Assembly (NCBI GenBank): GCA_028826165.1 | Contig: JAPDFW010000123.1 | Span: forward strand, 62,001-126,000 | Reading direction: 5' to 3' | Source: Anaeramoeba ignava BMAN | Lineage: Eukaryota > Protista > Anaeramoebae | Length of the DNA stretch: 64,000 bases | Shown here: positions 38,601 to 51,000 of the stretch, piece by piece | How the letters are laid out: every line of letters starts with the position of its first letter | Position numbering within the stretch: position 1 is the first letter of the stretch | Program-made: the position numbers and the translations under genes | The notes under the pieces: model-generated | Told to the model about the DNA's origin: nothing | Database searches by the model: none | Seen by the model: the letters and a program-made list of their open reading frames with translations, nothing else

Positions 38601-41382
38601 TGATCCAAATAAGTCATTTTTCTTCCTTTTTTATCCTGCCAAACAACAGCTAAAAATGCACTTAAAATCACAATTGAGAGTTGAATAAAAAATATTTTTA
38701 ATACTAATGAATTTAATATTGTTTCAAATTTGGAGAATTTATGTGATGCTGATCTCAAATTGTTTGAGATTTTAGTCCATATTCCTGCATAAATAACAAC
38801 TCCATAAACCCATTTTGTATTTTGAAGGGATGATCCCTTTTGTTTTTGAAAAAAATTAAATTTGAATTCAATTAAATCAAATTAAATATAAATTTTTACT
38901 CGAAGTAACACTTGATTTTGATCTAATGCTATTGGATTTTCCCAACTATCTAATTGAATAGATCCTTCAAATAAATAAATATGTTCATTTGGTTCTTCAC
39001 ATTTAATTTTTCCTGATAAATTTTGAAAAGATTCTAATGAAGTAAAATCGGAAGTTTCTTGGATAGCATATCTTTCTTTATAATTTGATTCTCTTTATAA
39101 ATAATTTAATAAATAATTTTATAAATAATTTAATTAATAATTTAATAAATAATTTTATATTTAATTTAATAAATAATTTAATAAATAATTTTATAAATAA
39201 TTTAATAAATAATTTTATAATTAATTTAATAAATAATTTAATAAATAATTTTATATTTAATTTTATAAATAATTTTATATTTAATTTTATAATTAATTTT
39301 ATATTTAATTTTATATTTAATTTTATAATTAATTTTATAAATAATTTTATAATTAATTTAATAAATAATTTAATAAATAATTTAATAAATAATTTTATAA
39401 ATAATTTTATAAATAATTTTAATTTAATTTTATAAATAATTTTATAAATAATTTTATAAATAAACTTGTAAATAATTTTATATTTAATTTTATAAATAAT
39501 TTTATAAATAAATTTATAATTAAAAATTACCCATCTAAATTTGAAGTTTCTATATAACAAAGATTATCATCTTCACTAGTAGATATAACAATAACATCAG
39601 CTGGAATTTCTTGTTTTTTTTCAAGAAAAATTAAATCACCCATCTTTTAAAATATTAAATATTAATATAAAATATAAAATATTAAATATTAAATATAAAT
39701 AATAAATATAAAATATTAATATAAATATTAAATATAAATATTAAATATAAAATATAAATATTAAATATTAAATATAAAATATAAATATAAAATATAAATA
39801 TTAAATATTAAATATAAAATATAAAATATAAAATATTAAATATAAATATTAAATATTAAATTTTAAATATTAAATATTAAATATTAAATATTATATATAT
39901 AAAATAAATATTAAATATTAAATTTTAAAACATTAAATATAAAATATAAAATATAAATATTAAATATTAAATATAAAATAAATATTAAATATAAAATATA
40001 AATATATAAATATAAAATATAAAATATAAAAATAATATTAAATATAAAAATATTAAAATATTAAATATTATATATAAATATTAAAATATAAAAATATAAA
40101 AATATAAAATATAAAAAAAAAACATATAAAATATAAATATAAATATAAATATAAAATATTAAATAATAAACATAAATATTAAAAATAAAATTAAAATATT
40201 AAATATAAAATATTAAATATTAAATATATTAAATATTAAATATTAAATATAAATATTAAATATTAAACATAAATATTAAATATTAAAATAATAAAATATA
40301 AAACATAAAAATATAAAATATAAATATTAAATATAAAATTTAAAAAATATAAATATAAAATATTAAACATAAAATATTAAATATAAAATTAAATATTAAA
40401 TATTAAATATAAAATATAAAAATATAAAAATATTAAAATATAAATATTAAATATTAAATTTTTAAAACATTAAATATAAAATTTATATATAAATATTAAA
40501 TATAAATATAAAATATTAAATATTAAATTTAAAAATATAAATATTAAATATTAAATATTAAATATTAAAATATTAAATATTAAATATTTAATATTAAATA
40601 TAAAATATTAAATATTTAATATAAATATTAAATATTAAATATTAAATATTAAATATTAAATATAAATATTAAATATTAAATATTAAATATAATATATAAA
40701 ATATTAAATATAAAATATTAAATATTAAATATAAAATTTAAATATTGAATATTAAATATAAAATTTTACTTGAATTTGATCACTTCGAATTTTTTTGAAT
40801 TGTTTTAATTCAGGATGGTAAATCGAATAAAGTGCAGAATTTGCCTTTTTATCTGCTTTTCTTCTTTGATAATCCTCAACTCCAGCTTTTATTGCAGAAA
40901 CAGCTGATCAAAAATCAATTTATTAAAGAAAAATTTCCATTTCCAAAAAAATAAATCAATTAAAATGTAAAAATGTAAAAAATTTTATTTTAGAAAGAAA
41001 ATTACCCAATACAAAAACTAATGGTGAAACTGAAGTAAAAGGAGTTAGAGGAGAAATTGGAAGAAAACTAAGTATAGCAGCTAATAAGAAATAAAAGTTT
41101 GCAAATCGACGAAACTTGATAATGAAAAATTGTATTTTTTTTTTTTTGAATTGAAAAATTAATTCAAAAAAATTATTTATTTTTTTTTACTTGTTCAAAA
41201 AGATTTTTTGGAATAAAATTTAGCCAATTATATCTTGTTGTTGAAATATAATTATGTGGATATTTTAATAATTTACTAAAATTTCGATCACAAATTTGAA
41301 TTGTAATTGATTTTTCAATTTCTTCGTTTAAATTTTCTTCAACTTTATCTTTTTGAATTAAATTTTTATTTAAATCAGACAT
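35692..41382 (-). CDS. P4-type ATPase phospholipid flippase (Drs2/ATP8/ALA family), multi-exon
   Basis: NYISTTRYN..FIPKNLFEQ, TSNLDG|ESN, IPISLYVT, SDKTGTLTEN (phosphorylation site), FDSDRKRMS, KGADS, LTGDK, CCRVTPKQKA, AIGDGANDVSMIQ and GKEGTQAARSSDY. Confidence 0.95.
39644..40769 (-). repeat. 1.1-kb P4-ATPase intron made almost wholly of A/T simple repeats (aaatatt / aaatata on +)
   Basis: GT at 40769 and AG at 39645-39644 on the minus strand; nearly no G/C in between. Confidence 0.85.
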
Positions 41383-41479
41383 TTAAAAAACAAACAAAAA
41401 ATGAAATGAAACTAAAAAAATGGGAAAAATGAAAAAATTTAAATTGAAAAATTTATTTATTTTTTTGATTATAATTTTT

Positions 41480-42649
41480 TTAATTGTTTTTTTTGTTTTT
41501 TTTCTTTTGAAAAAGTTTATGAAAAAGTTTTCGACTTGTTTCTGGATTATCTGCAGCTTGAAACCCAGAAAAATGCTTATTAGAATTTCTATGAATATTG
41601 TTTTGAACCGTTTTATTTGATTTTTTGTTTAATATTTTTCTTTTTTTTTTGGAATTATTTTTGGAATTATTTTTTTTTGGTGAATTTTTAGGTTTTTCTA
41701 AATTTGAGTTAAAAACTTGATTTTGATTTGATTTCTCGCTTTGATTTGGAATTGCTAAATTTTGAGCACCAACTTTTTGTTGGCGAATTTTCTCTCTTTC
41801 TTTTGGAAAAGGTTTTCTTTCCTTGAAATTTTTTCTCTTTTTTTGATTTTTTTGATTTTTTTGATTTTGATTAACTTTTTGTTCGGAATCTTGAGAATAA
41901 TTTACTTTTGAGACTCTAATAGGTCTTTCTTTAAGAATCTCACCATTCAATTGCAAAGCAAAGGGGACTGATTTTCTATGTTTAAAATTGACATAAGCAA
42001 ATCCTTTTCCACGACGAGTAAATTTATCTCTAACAATATGAACATAATTAATCTCTCCGCATTCTTTAAAGAAGTCTTGAATCTCCAATTCTGTTACATT
42101 ATAATTCAAGTTGCCAACAAATACACAAAGTTTTTCATTATAATCCTTTTTATTTTCCTCCAAACAAACATGTATTTTATAGCCTTCAATTTCAATCCCA
42201 TTCATTTTAACTGCTTTTTTTGCTGATTCTTTATTTTCATATAATAAATAGCAATTTTGAGTCGGCGAAACTTCTTTATCAATTTCTTTTTTAATTGCTG
42301 ATACTTTTTTGGGCTTGATTTTTTTATCTGGTAAAATTTCAAATGCCGTTGATCTAAATCTTATTGATTCTATTTTCCCAAATTCTTTGAATATTTTTTC
42401 CAGTTTTTTCTTTTTTATTTCAACTGGTAAATTTCCTATGAAAATTGTTCTTTGATTTATTTCTTCTTTTTCTTTTTTTGTTGGTTTTGTTCTTGTTTTT
42501 TCTTTTTTTCTGTTTTTTAATTTTTCTTCAAGATTTTTTTGATTTATTATTTTTTGTTCATTTGTTTGTTTTTCTGAAATTGTTGTTGGTTTTGAAGAGA
42601 GAATATCAAGTAATCTATTTTTTTGGTTTGAGTTTGATTCCTGATTCAT
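41480..42649 (-). CDS. NOP12: Nucleolar two-RRM protein Nop12/RBM34
   Basis: RTIFIGNLP, FGKIESIRFRS, CVFVGNLNY, HIVRDKFTRRGKGFAYVNF and C-terminal FSGFQA. Confidence 0.85.
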   Translation of the reverse strand: MNQESNSNQKNRLLDILSSKPTTISEKQTNEQKIINQKNLEEKLKNRKKEKTRTKPTKKEKEEINQRTIFIGNLPVEIKKKKLEKIFKEFGKIESIRFRSTAFEILPDKKIKPKKVSAIKKEIDKEVSPTQNCYLLYENKESAKKAVKMNGIEIEGYKIHVCLEENKKDYNEKLCVFVGNLNYNVTELEIQDFFKECGEINYVHIVRDKFTRRGKGFAYVNFKHRKSVPFALQLNGEILKERPIRVSKVNYSQDSEQKVNQNQKNQKNQKKRKNFKERKPFPKEREKIRQQKVGAQNLAIPNQSEKSNQNQVFNSNLEKPKNSPKKNNSKNNSKKKRKILNKKSNKTVQNNIHRNSNKHFSGFQAADNPETSRKLFHKLFQKKKNKKNN

Positions 42650-42659
42650 TTTAGAAAAA

Positions 42660-42756
42660 AATGAAAAAATGAAAAAATGAAAAATGAAAAAATGAAAAAA
42701 ATGAAAAAATGAAAAAAATGAAAAAATGAAAAAATGAAAAAATGAAAAATGAAAAA
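42660..42756 (-). promoter_or_regulatory. Long tandem TCATTTT initiator-like array upstream of NOP12
   Basis: About 12 copies of atgaaaaa on + (tttttcat on the sense strand) ending about 10 nt before ATG 42649. Confidence 0.55.
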
Positions 42757-42945
42757 ATTTTTTATTGAATTTTAATTTTAATTTTAATTTTAATTTTGAT
42801 TGAATTTTAATTTTAATTTTAATTTTGAAATGAATTTTAATTTGAATTTTAATTTTAATTTTGGAATGAATTTTGAATTTTAATTTGAAATTTGAATTTT
42901 AATTTTAAATTTAATTTTTAAAATCCAATAAAAAATAGAATTTAT

Positions 42946-45900
42946 TTAACCAAGTCGATTTAAAACAGGATAAATCATTTCAGAAGTAACACCACAATCA
43001 CCATTACGAGAAAGTCTGATAAAACCATTTTCACCCCAATCTTCTCCCCATGAAAATTTAATTAACCAATAATATGGATTGGAATTAATATCAGAATAAT
43101 ATCCAGCAAGAAGAGCTGCATAATTAACAACATTTTCTTGACAATAACTTGTATCAAAAATTCCTGATTGATAAAACATTATTTCTTGTGAACTTGCATC
43201 TAACATTACTTTTAATTTTAATTTTAATTTTGAAATTGATTTTAATTATGATTTTGATTTTGATTTTAATTTTGATTTTAAATTTTGATTTTAATTTTGG
43301 ATTTTAATTTTGATTTTAATTTAGATTTTAATTTTGATTTTGAATTTAATTTTGATTTTAATTTTATTTTGATTTTTAATTTTTTTTTTTGATTTTAATT
43401 TTTGATTTTAATTTTAATTTTAATTTTAATTTTAATTTTAATTTTAATTTTTTAATTTTAATTTTGATTTTAATTTTAATTTTAATTTTAATTTTAATTT
43501 TAATTTTAATTTTAATTTTAATTTTGATTTTAATTTTGATTTTAATTTTGATTTTAATTTTAAATTTTAATTTTAATTTTGATTTTAATTTTGATTTTAA
43601 TTTTAATTTTAATTTTAATTTTAATTTTAGTTTTTTTTAATTTTGATTTTTAATTTTAAATTTTTTTGAATTTTGATTTTAATTTTGATTTTAATTTTGA
43701 TTTTAATTTTAATTTTGATTTTAATTTAAATTTTAATTTTTGATTTTGATTTTAATTTTAATTTTAATTTTAATTTTAATTTTGATTTTAATTTTGATTT
43801 TAATTTTGATTTTTATACTGGACAAAGGTCCAAAAAACCATAAAGCATATTCTGCTTGAGAAGGATCAATTTGAGTTGAATAATTAATAGAAGCTTGCAT
43901 TATATCATCAGTATAAGCACAATAGCTTTATTAATAAATGAATAAATTAATGAATAAATGAATAAATAAATAAATGAATAAATTTTCAGTTTTTTGAATA
44001 AACTACGCTGAAAATCCAAGAAAAGGATAAATTGAATCAAGAGCAATTCCACCAGCACTTATCATATCCTTAAAAGCTTGTGAAGTTGAACCACCATGAC
44101 ATCCACTATTATTTTCTGAACAATCAATAATATCTTGAACACTAAAATTAGCCAATTCTCCTGTTGAAAAAAAATATTGTCCTTCAATAGCTCCTGCAAC
44201 TGAAAATGCCCATGAAGCTCCACAGAATTCTTGATCTTTAACTGCAGAAATTGCTCCAAGTTCAACCCATGATAAATTACTTGGTAATGTGTAATCTTTT
44301 ATTGGTTTTTCAATCATTTTTGTTGATTGGAATTCTTTTTTTGGAATATATTCTGAATTTATTAACAAATTATTTCTGAATTCTTCATGTGTAAGATCTG
44401 CGAATTTGTTAATACCGACTTAAAGAATTGAATAATCATTTTAATTTTAATTTTAATTTTAATTTTGATTTTAATTATAATATTAATTTTAATTTTAATT
44501 ATAATATTGATTTTAATTATAATATTGATTTTAATTTTTATTATTAAATCTATACGTTTCATAGTTTCATGATTTTTGTTAAAATTTTCGATAAATTCTG
44601 AATTTGAATTAAAAATTGTTTCTCTTTGTTTTAATTCAGTGATATTTTCATATTTTTTGGAATATTTTTGAAGATAACCATGAAATTTATGGTTGAACCT
44701 TTGTTTATTTTCACTAGGAAATAAACTTCTCAAAAAATTTGAATTTATACCAAAAGTATATTCAGCTAAATTAATTAATAAATAAATAAATAAATAAAGA
44801 ATATTATAAATATAAATATTATAAATATAAATATTATAAATATAAATATTATAAATATAAATATTATAAATATAAATATTATAAATATAAATATTTTAAA
44901 TATAAATATTATAAATATAAATATTATGAATATAAATATTTTGAATATAAATATTATAAATATAAATATTTTAAATATAAATATTTTAAATATAAATATT
45001 TTAAATATAAATATTTTAAATATAAATATTATAAATATAAATATTATAAATATAAATATTATAAATATAAATATTATAAATATAAATATTATAAATATAA
45101 ATATTTTAAATATAAATATTATAAATATAAAATTATAAATATAAATATTTTTGAATATAAATATTATAAATATAAATATTATAAATATAAAATATTATAA
45201 AATATAAATATTATAAATATAAATAAATAAATATAAATATTTTTAAATATAAATATTTTAAATATAAATATTTGAAATATAAATATTTTGAATATAAATA
45301 TAAATATGAATATTAAAATATAAATATTTTAAATATAAATAATATAAAATATAAAAATAAATATTTTGAATATAAATTTTATTATAAAAAATATTATAAA
45401 TATAAATATTTTGAATATAAATATTATAAAATATAAAATATTTTTAAATATAAATATTTTAAATATAAATATTTTAATATAAAATTATAAATATAAATAT
45501 TATAAATATAAATATTATAAATATAAATATTTTGAATTAAATAAATATAAATATTATAAAAATATTATAAATATAAATATTTTAAATATAAATATTATAA
45601 ATATAAATATTATAAATATAAATATTTTAAATATAAATATTATAAATATAAATATTTTAAATATAAATAAATAAATAATATTTTAAATATAAATATTTTA
45701 AATATAAATATTTTATAAAAGGAAATGAATAAATCAAAGATCACAATTTTGAGTTTGAGAAAAATTCGTTGAACAAGTTGGTGGAACTACAAAAAGAGAA
45801 CTATTTACATCTGTAACATAAGAAAAGTAATCAAGACTTTTTGAAAAAAATAAAAATTTAGATTAAAATGATATTTTCAAATCAAATCAAATCAAAAATA

Positions 45901-47439
45901 TTTTAAAAATACGTCCAATCTCCATAATGAGAATTATTAAAAATATTAATTGAAGAATATTGAAAACGAATTGGTTGTTGTTTATCAATATCATAGAAGA
46001 AATAATATTCTTCTTTAATATTCTCTACAGTTTCTGAGTAATAATAAATATCAGCACGTAATCCACGAACAACACTTTTTCCAGTTTTTTGAAACTTTTC
46101 CAGATTAGGTAAAACATCAACTATTTTAAGTGGAGTGTCACTTGAATAATTTGTACAAACTGGATTGCTGTCTTTTAAATAAACATCATAAACTACTGTA
46201 TTCAAAAAAACTTCAGTTTCAAGTCCTGTATAAAAATTAATTTTTTGTAAATTTGCTGTTATATTGGTATCAATTGTTATTGGAATATGAGTTGCAATAG
46301 TTGGAGCATGAAGAACAATATCTGTATGATACTATTTTAATATTAATATTAATATTAATATTAATTATATTTTTAATTTTAATTTTAATTTTGATTTTAA
46401 TTTTAATTTTAATTTTAATTTTTATTTTAATTTTAATTTTAATTTTAATTATATTTTTAATATTAATTTTAATTTTAATTTTAATTATATTTTTAATTTT
46501 AGTTATAATTTTAATTTTAATTTTAATTTTAATTTTAATTTTAATTTTAATTTTAATTTTAATTTTAATTTTAATTTTGATTTTAATTTTAATTTTAATT
46601 TTTAATTTTAATTTATTAATTTTAATTTTAATTTTGAATTTAAATTTAATTTTAATTTTGATTTTAATTTTAATTATATTTTTAATTTTAATTTTAATAA
46701 TTATGATTATAATATTGATTTTAATTTTAATTTTAATTTTAATTTTAATTTAAATTTAAATTTTAATTTTAAATTTTTAATTTAATATTAATTTTAATTT
46801 TAATTTTAAATTTTAATTTTTAATTTTAATTTTAATTTTTAATTTTTATAAATGAATTTTGATTTTAATATTAATTTTAATTTTAATTTTAATTTTAATT
46901 TTAATTTTAATTTTAATTTTAATTTTAATTTTTTGATTTTTAATAATTTAATTATAATTTTAATTTTAATTTTAATTTTAATTTTAATTTCAATTTTAAT
47001 TTTGAATTTTTTTTTTTAAATTTAAATTTTTTTTAATTTTAATATTAATTTTAATATTAATTTATTTTAATTTTAATTTTAATTTTAATTTAAATTTTAA
47101 ATTTTAATTTTAATTATATTTTTAATATTAATTTTAATATTAATTTTAATTTTAATTTTAATTTTAATTTTAATATTAATTTTAATTATTAATTTTAATT
47201 TTAATTTTAATATTAATTTTAATTTTAATTTTAATTTTAATTTTGATTTTAATTTAAATTTTAATTATGAATTTTAATTTTAATTTTAATTTTAATTTAA
47301 ATTTTAATTGTTGTAATTCAATTTTTACAACTTCACTCCATTGAAAAGAATTTAAAATAAAAAAGAAAAAACAAATTAAAGAAAGAAAAAGAAAAATGAA
47401 AAAAAAATTTTGCTTTTTTTTTATTATAAATTTTTTCAT
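42946..47439 (-). CDS. Papain-family (C1A) 26/29-kDa-protease/CfaD-type homologue, catalytically inactive, multi-exon
   Basis: Hydrophobic N-terminus, 26-kDa-like domain (PIRFQYSSINIFNNSHYGDW.LDY), perfect ERFNIN and GINKFADL prodomain motifs, and mature domain LPSNLSW..VKDQEFCGASWAFS, IDCS..GCHGG, YWLIKFSWGEDWGENGFI. The start codon and exon 1 boundary are uncertain. Confidence 0.85.
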
Positions 47440-47494
47440 TTTTTTTTTTTCAAATTTCTCTTTTTCATTTTTTGAATAAATAAATAACATAAAA

Positions 47495-47788
47495 ATGAGT
47501 GAAGCTTTACCAGATCATGATTTTTCAGAACTTTTAGAAAGAGTTAAATGGCATACAAGTGATAAAGATAGAATCCGACTTATTAAAGCAACAACAAATG
47601 AATCTAAATTCACTTCAAAACAAGTTTTACAACTTTTACAATCTCTTTCTTTTGAAACTGCAAAAATTGAAGCAGGTGTTCTTCTTTATAATCATGTTGT
47701 TGATCCAGAAAATTATGCAAAAGAAGCAATTGATCCTTTACGTTATAAAGATGAAAAAGAAAAAATTAAGAAAGCATTGAATCTTTAA
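47495..47788 (+). CDS. Stand-alone DUF4476-like small protein (97 aa)
   Basis: FTSKQVLQLLQSLSFETAKIEAGVLLYNHVVDPENY matches the remembered DUF4476 pattern (FT..QV..LL..FSF...K......Y..VVDPENY). Confidence 0.65.
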   Translation: MSEALPDHDFSELLERVKWHTSDKDRIRLIKATTNESKFTSKQVLQLLQSLSFETAKIEAGVLLYNHVVDPENYAKEAIDPLRYKDEKEKIKKALNL

Positions 47789-48044
47789 ATTAAAATTCAT
47801 TTCGAAATTAAAATTAATAATTAAATTAAAATTCATTTCGAAATTAAAATCAAAATTTAAATCAAAATCAAAATTAAAATCAAAATTAAAATCAAAATTA
47901 AAATTCATTTTGAAACCAAAATTAAAATTGGTTTTTGAAATTAAAATTAAAATTAAAATTAAATTTTCATTTTCATTTTAATTTTTGTTTTGTTTTGTTT
48001 TCTTAATAAATATTATTGTTTTTTTTTTTGTAAATTCATTCCAA

Positions 48045-51000
48045 TCAAAAATCAGAAGAAAAAGGAAGTAATAATTCAGACATTTCATGATTTTCCAAAT
48101 CCAAAGAAATATCCAAAGGAGACTTATTATAAATATTTGTTTTGTTAACAATATTCAACAAATGAGGAAAATCAAGTAAAAATTGCAAAAGTTTTGGAGA
48201 ATCACTTTGAACGACAAAATGAAAAATATTATTTTTTTCATTATCCAAACAAAGCAAGTCTGCACCAGCCTGAATCAAGAACATAACGGCATCAATTGCA
48301 CCACTCATAGCAGCAGCAAGGATAGGGGTCACACCAGCAGAATCTGAAATATTGATGTTGGCATTAAAATCAAGAAACAAAGCGATTGAACGAACATCGT
48401 TGTTGCACGCAGCGTCATGGAGAGGAGTAGAAAGGAGCTTGTCGCGGCAATTAACATCGGCATTATTATGAAGGAGAATTTGGGCCGACTCAAAAGACCG
48501 AGTGGCGGAACAACAATGGAGAGGAAAGTGACCCAAGTTGTCAGGAAGTTGGAGACATTGGGAATTTTTAAAAAGAAGTTCAATGCACTTGGCCTCGTTA
48601 TTAAGCGCGGCCAGATGCAGCGGTGTTTGCTCGCTAATGTCCTTGAGCGAGGGTTCCGCTCCTGATTTAAGTAGTTTTGTGAGGAATAAATCGTTCCCCT
48701 TTTCGCAGCAATGCATGATTGCCGTTTTTTTCTCGTAGTCGCGCATATTGAGCATCGATTTAAATGTTGATTGTGTGTGGTCGTCAAGCTCAAGAAAAGT
48801 GCTCAACTTGGTTTTCGTGCTCTCGCTTAGACTGTTTGTTGGGGTCGGCGAGAAATTGTTGAGATCCAAAACTTCGACTTTCAGTTGCGAAATTTCCGCA
48901 CATCGAGTTCGAAGGGAATTTAGGATGAAATCAATAACATCGCTTGATTTTGTGTTTGCCATTGTGTGCAGAATGGAGCATCCCGTATAATTGCATTGAA
49001 GTATATTAGCTCCATTTTCCACAAGTGTTTGAATTGCGCCCATCATCTCTGCTTCCACAGCAACAAACAGCGGCGTTCTTCCTGTGAAATCGAACGCATC
49101 AATCTCAGCGCCAAAGGAAAGAACCTTCTCAACTGACTTCACACACCCTCCATGTCCAGCCCAATGAAGAGCCGTCCATCCTTCTGATGATCTTGCCTGG
49201 AAATTTGCTCCATATTGCACAAGTAGTTCGATTACCTCAAGGTTCCCAATATATGCTGCCTCGTGAACTGCAGTAACTCCATCTTGATCTGTTATGTCCA
49301 TGTTGTATTTCGACCGATTCTTGTGAATAATCTCCATGATTTTCGTTGCAATTTCAATTTTGTATTCTGAAACTGCCCAATGTAAAGATGTTGCTTTCTC
49401 ATTATCCGAGTTGAGCAGCTGTGCTCCATGTCGCAGGAGCAATAGAAACGCTTCCATCTGGTTGTATATTGTGCAGATTATCAACGCAGTTTTCCCGCGG
49501 ATGTCTTTTGCTTCGATGTTTGCTCCCGCTTCAAGAAGTAAATCAATGATTTCTAAATTTCCGTTAGAACATGCATCATGAAGTGGTGTGAATCCTACTT
49601 GATCGCTTGTATTAACTAATATGTTTTTTTGTTCTAGAAGCAGTTTTACACACTCTATTTTGCCGTTGTATGATGCATCGTTGAGAGGTGTTGATAAAGA
49701 GAAATCAACTGAGTTTGGGTTTGCTCCATTTTTGAGAAGAACATTCATACATTCGACACTTTTATAAATAATTAATTTATAAATATTTAATTTATAAATA
49801 TTTGATTTGATTTATAAATAATTAAATTTATAAATATTTGATTTAATTTAATTTAATTTAATTTATAAATATTTTGATTTGATTTAATTTATAAATATTT
49901 GAATTGATTTAATTTATAAATAATTGATTTGATTTAATTTATAAATAATTAATTTAATTTAATTTATAAATAATTGATTTAATTTAATTTATAAATAATT
50001 GATTTAATTTAATTTATAAATAAATAATTGATTTAATTTAATTTAATTTAATTTATAAATAAATAATTGATTTAATTTAATTTATAAATAATTAATTTAA
50101 TTTATAAATATTTAATTTAATTTATAAATAATTGATTTAATTTTTAATTTAATTTAATTTATAAATATTTAATTTAATTTAATTTATAAATAACTGATTT
50201 ATAAATATTTAATTTGATTTAATTTATAAATATTTAATTTGATTTAATTTGATTTATAAATATTTAATTTAATTTATAAATAATTGATTTAATTTATAAA
50301 TATTTGAATTGATTTAATTTATAAATAATTAATTTAATTTATAAGTATTTGATTTAATTTAATTTAATTTAATTTGATTTATAAATAATTGATTTAATTT
50401 ATAAATATTTGATTTAATTTATAAATAATTGATTTAATTTAATTTATAAATAATTGATTTAATTTAATTTATATAAATATTTAATTTAATTTGATTTGAT
50501 TTATAAATATTTGATTTAATTTAATTTATAAATAATTGATTTAATTTAATTTAATTTGATTTATAAATAATTGATTTAATTTAATTTATAAATAATTGAT
50601 TTAATTTAATTTAATTTATAAATATTTGATTTGATTTATAAATAATTAATTTGATTTAATTTAATTTAATTTATAAATAATTGATTTAATTTATAAATAT
50701 TTGATTTGATTTAATTTATAAATATTTAATTTATAGATATTTAATTTAATTTGATTTATAAATAATTTAATTTATAAATATTTAATTTATAAATATTTGA
50801 ATTGATTTAATTTATAAATAATTGATTTATAAATATTTAATTTAATTTGATTTATAAATATTTAATTTAATTTAATTTAATTTATAAATAATTGATTTGA
50901 TTTATAAATATTTAATTTGATTTATAAATAATTAATTTAATTTATAAATAATTGATTTAATTTAATTTATAAATAATTGATTTAATTTAATTTATATTTA

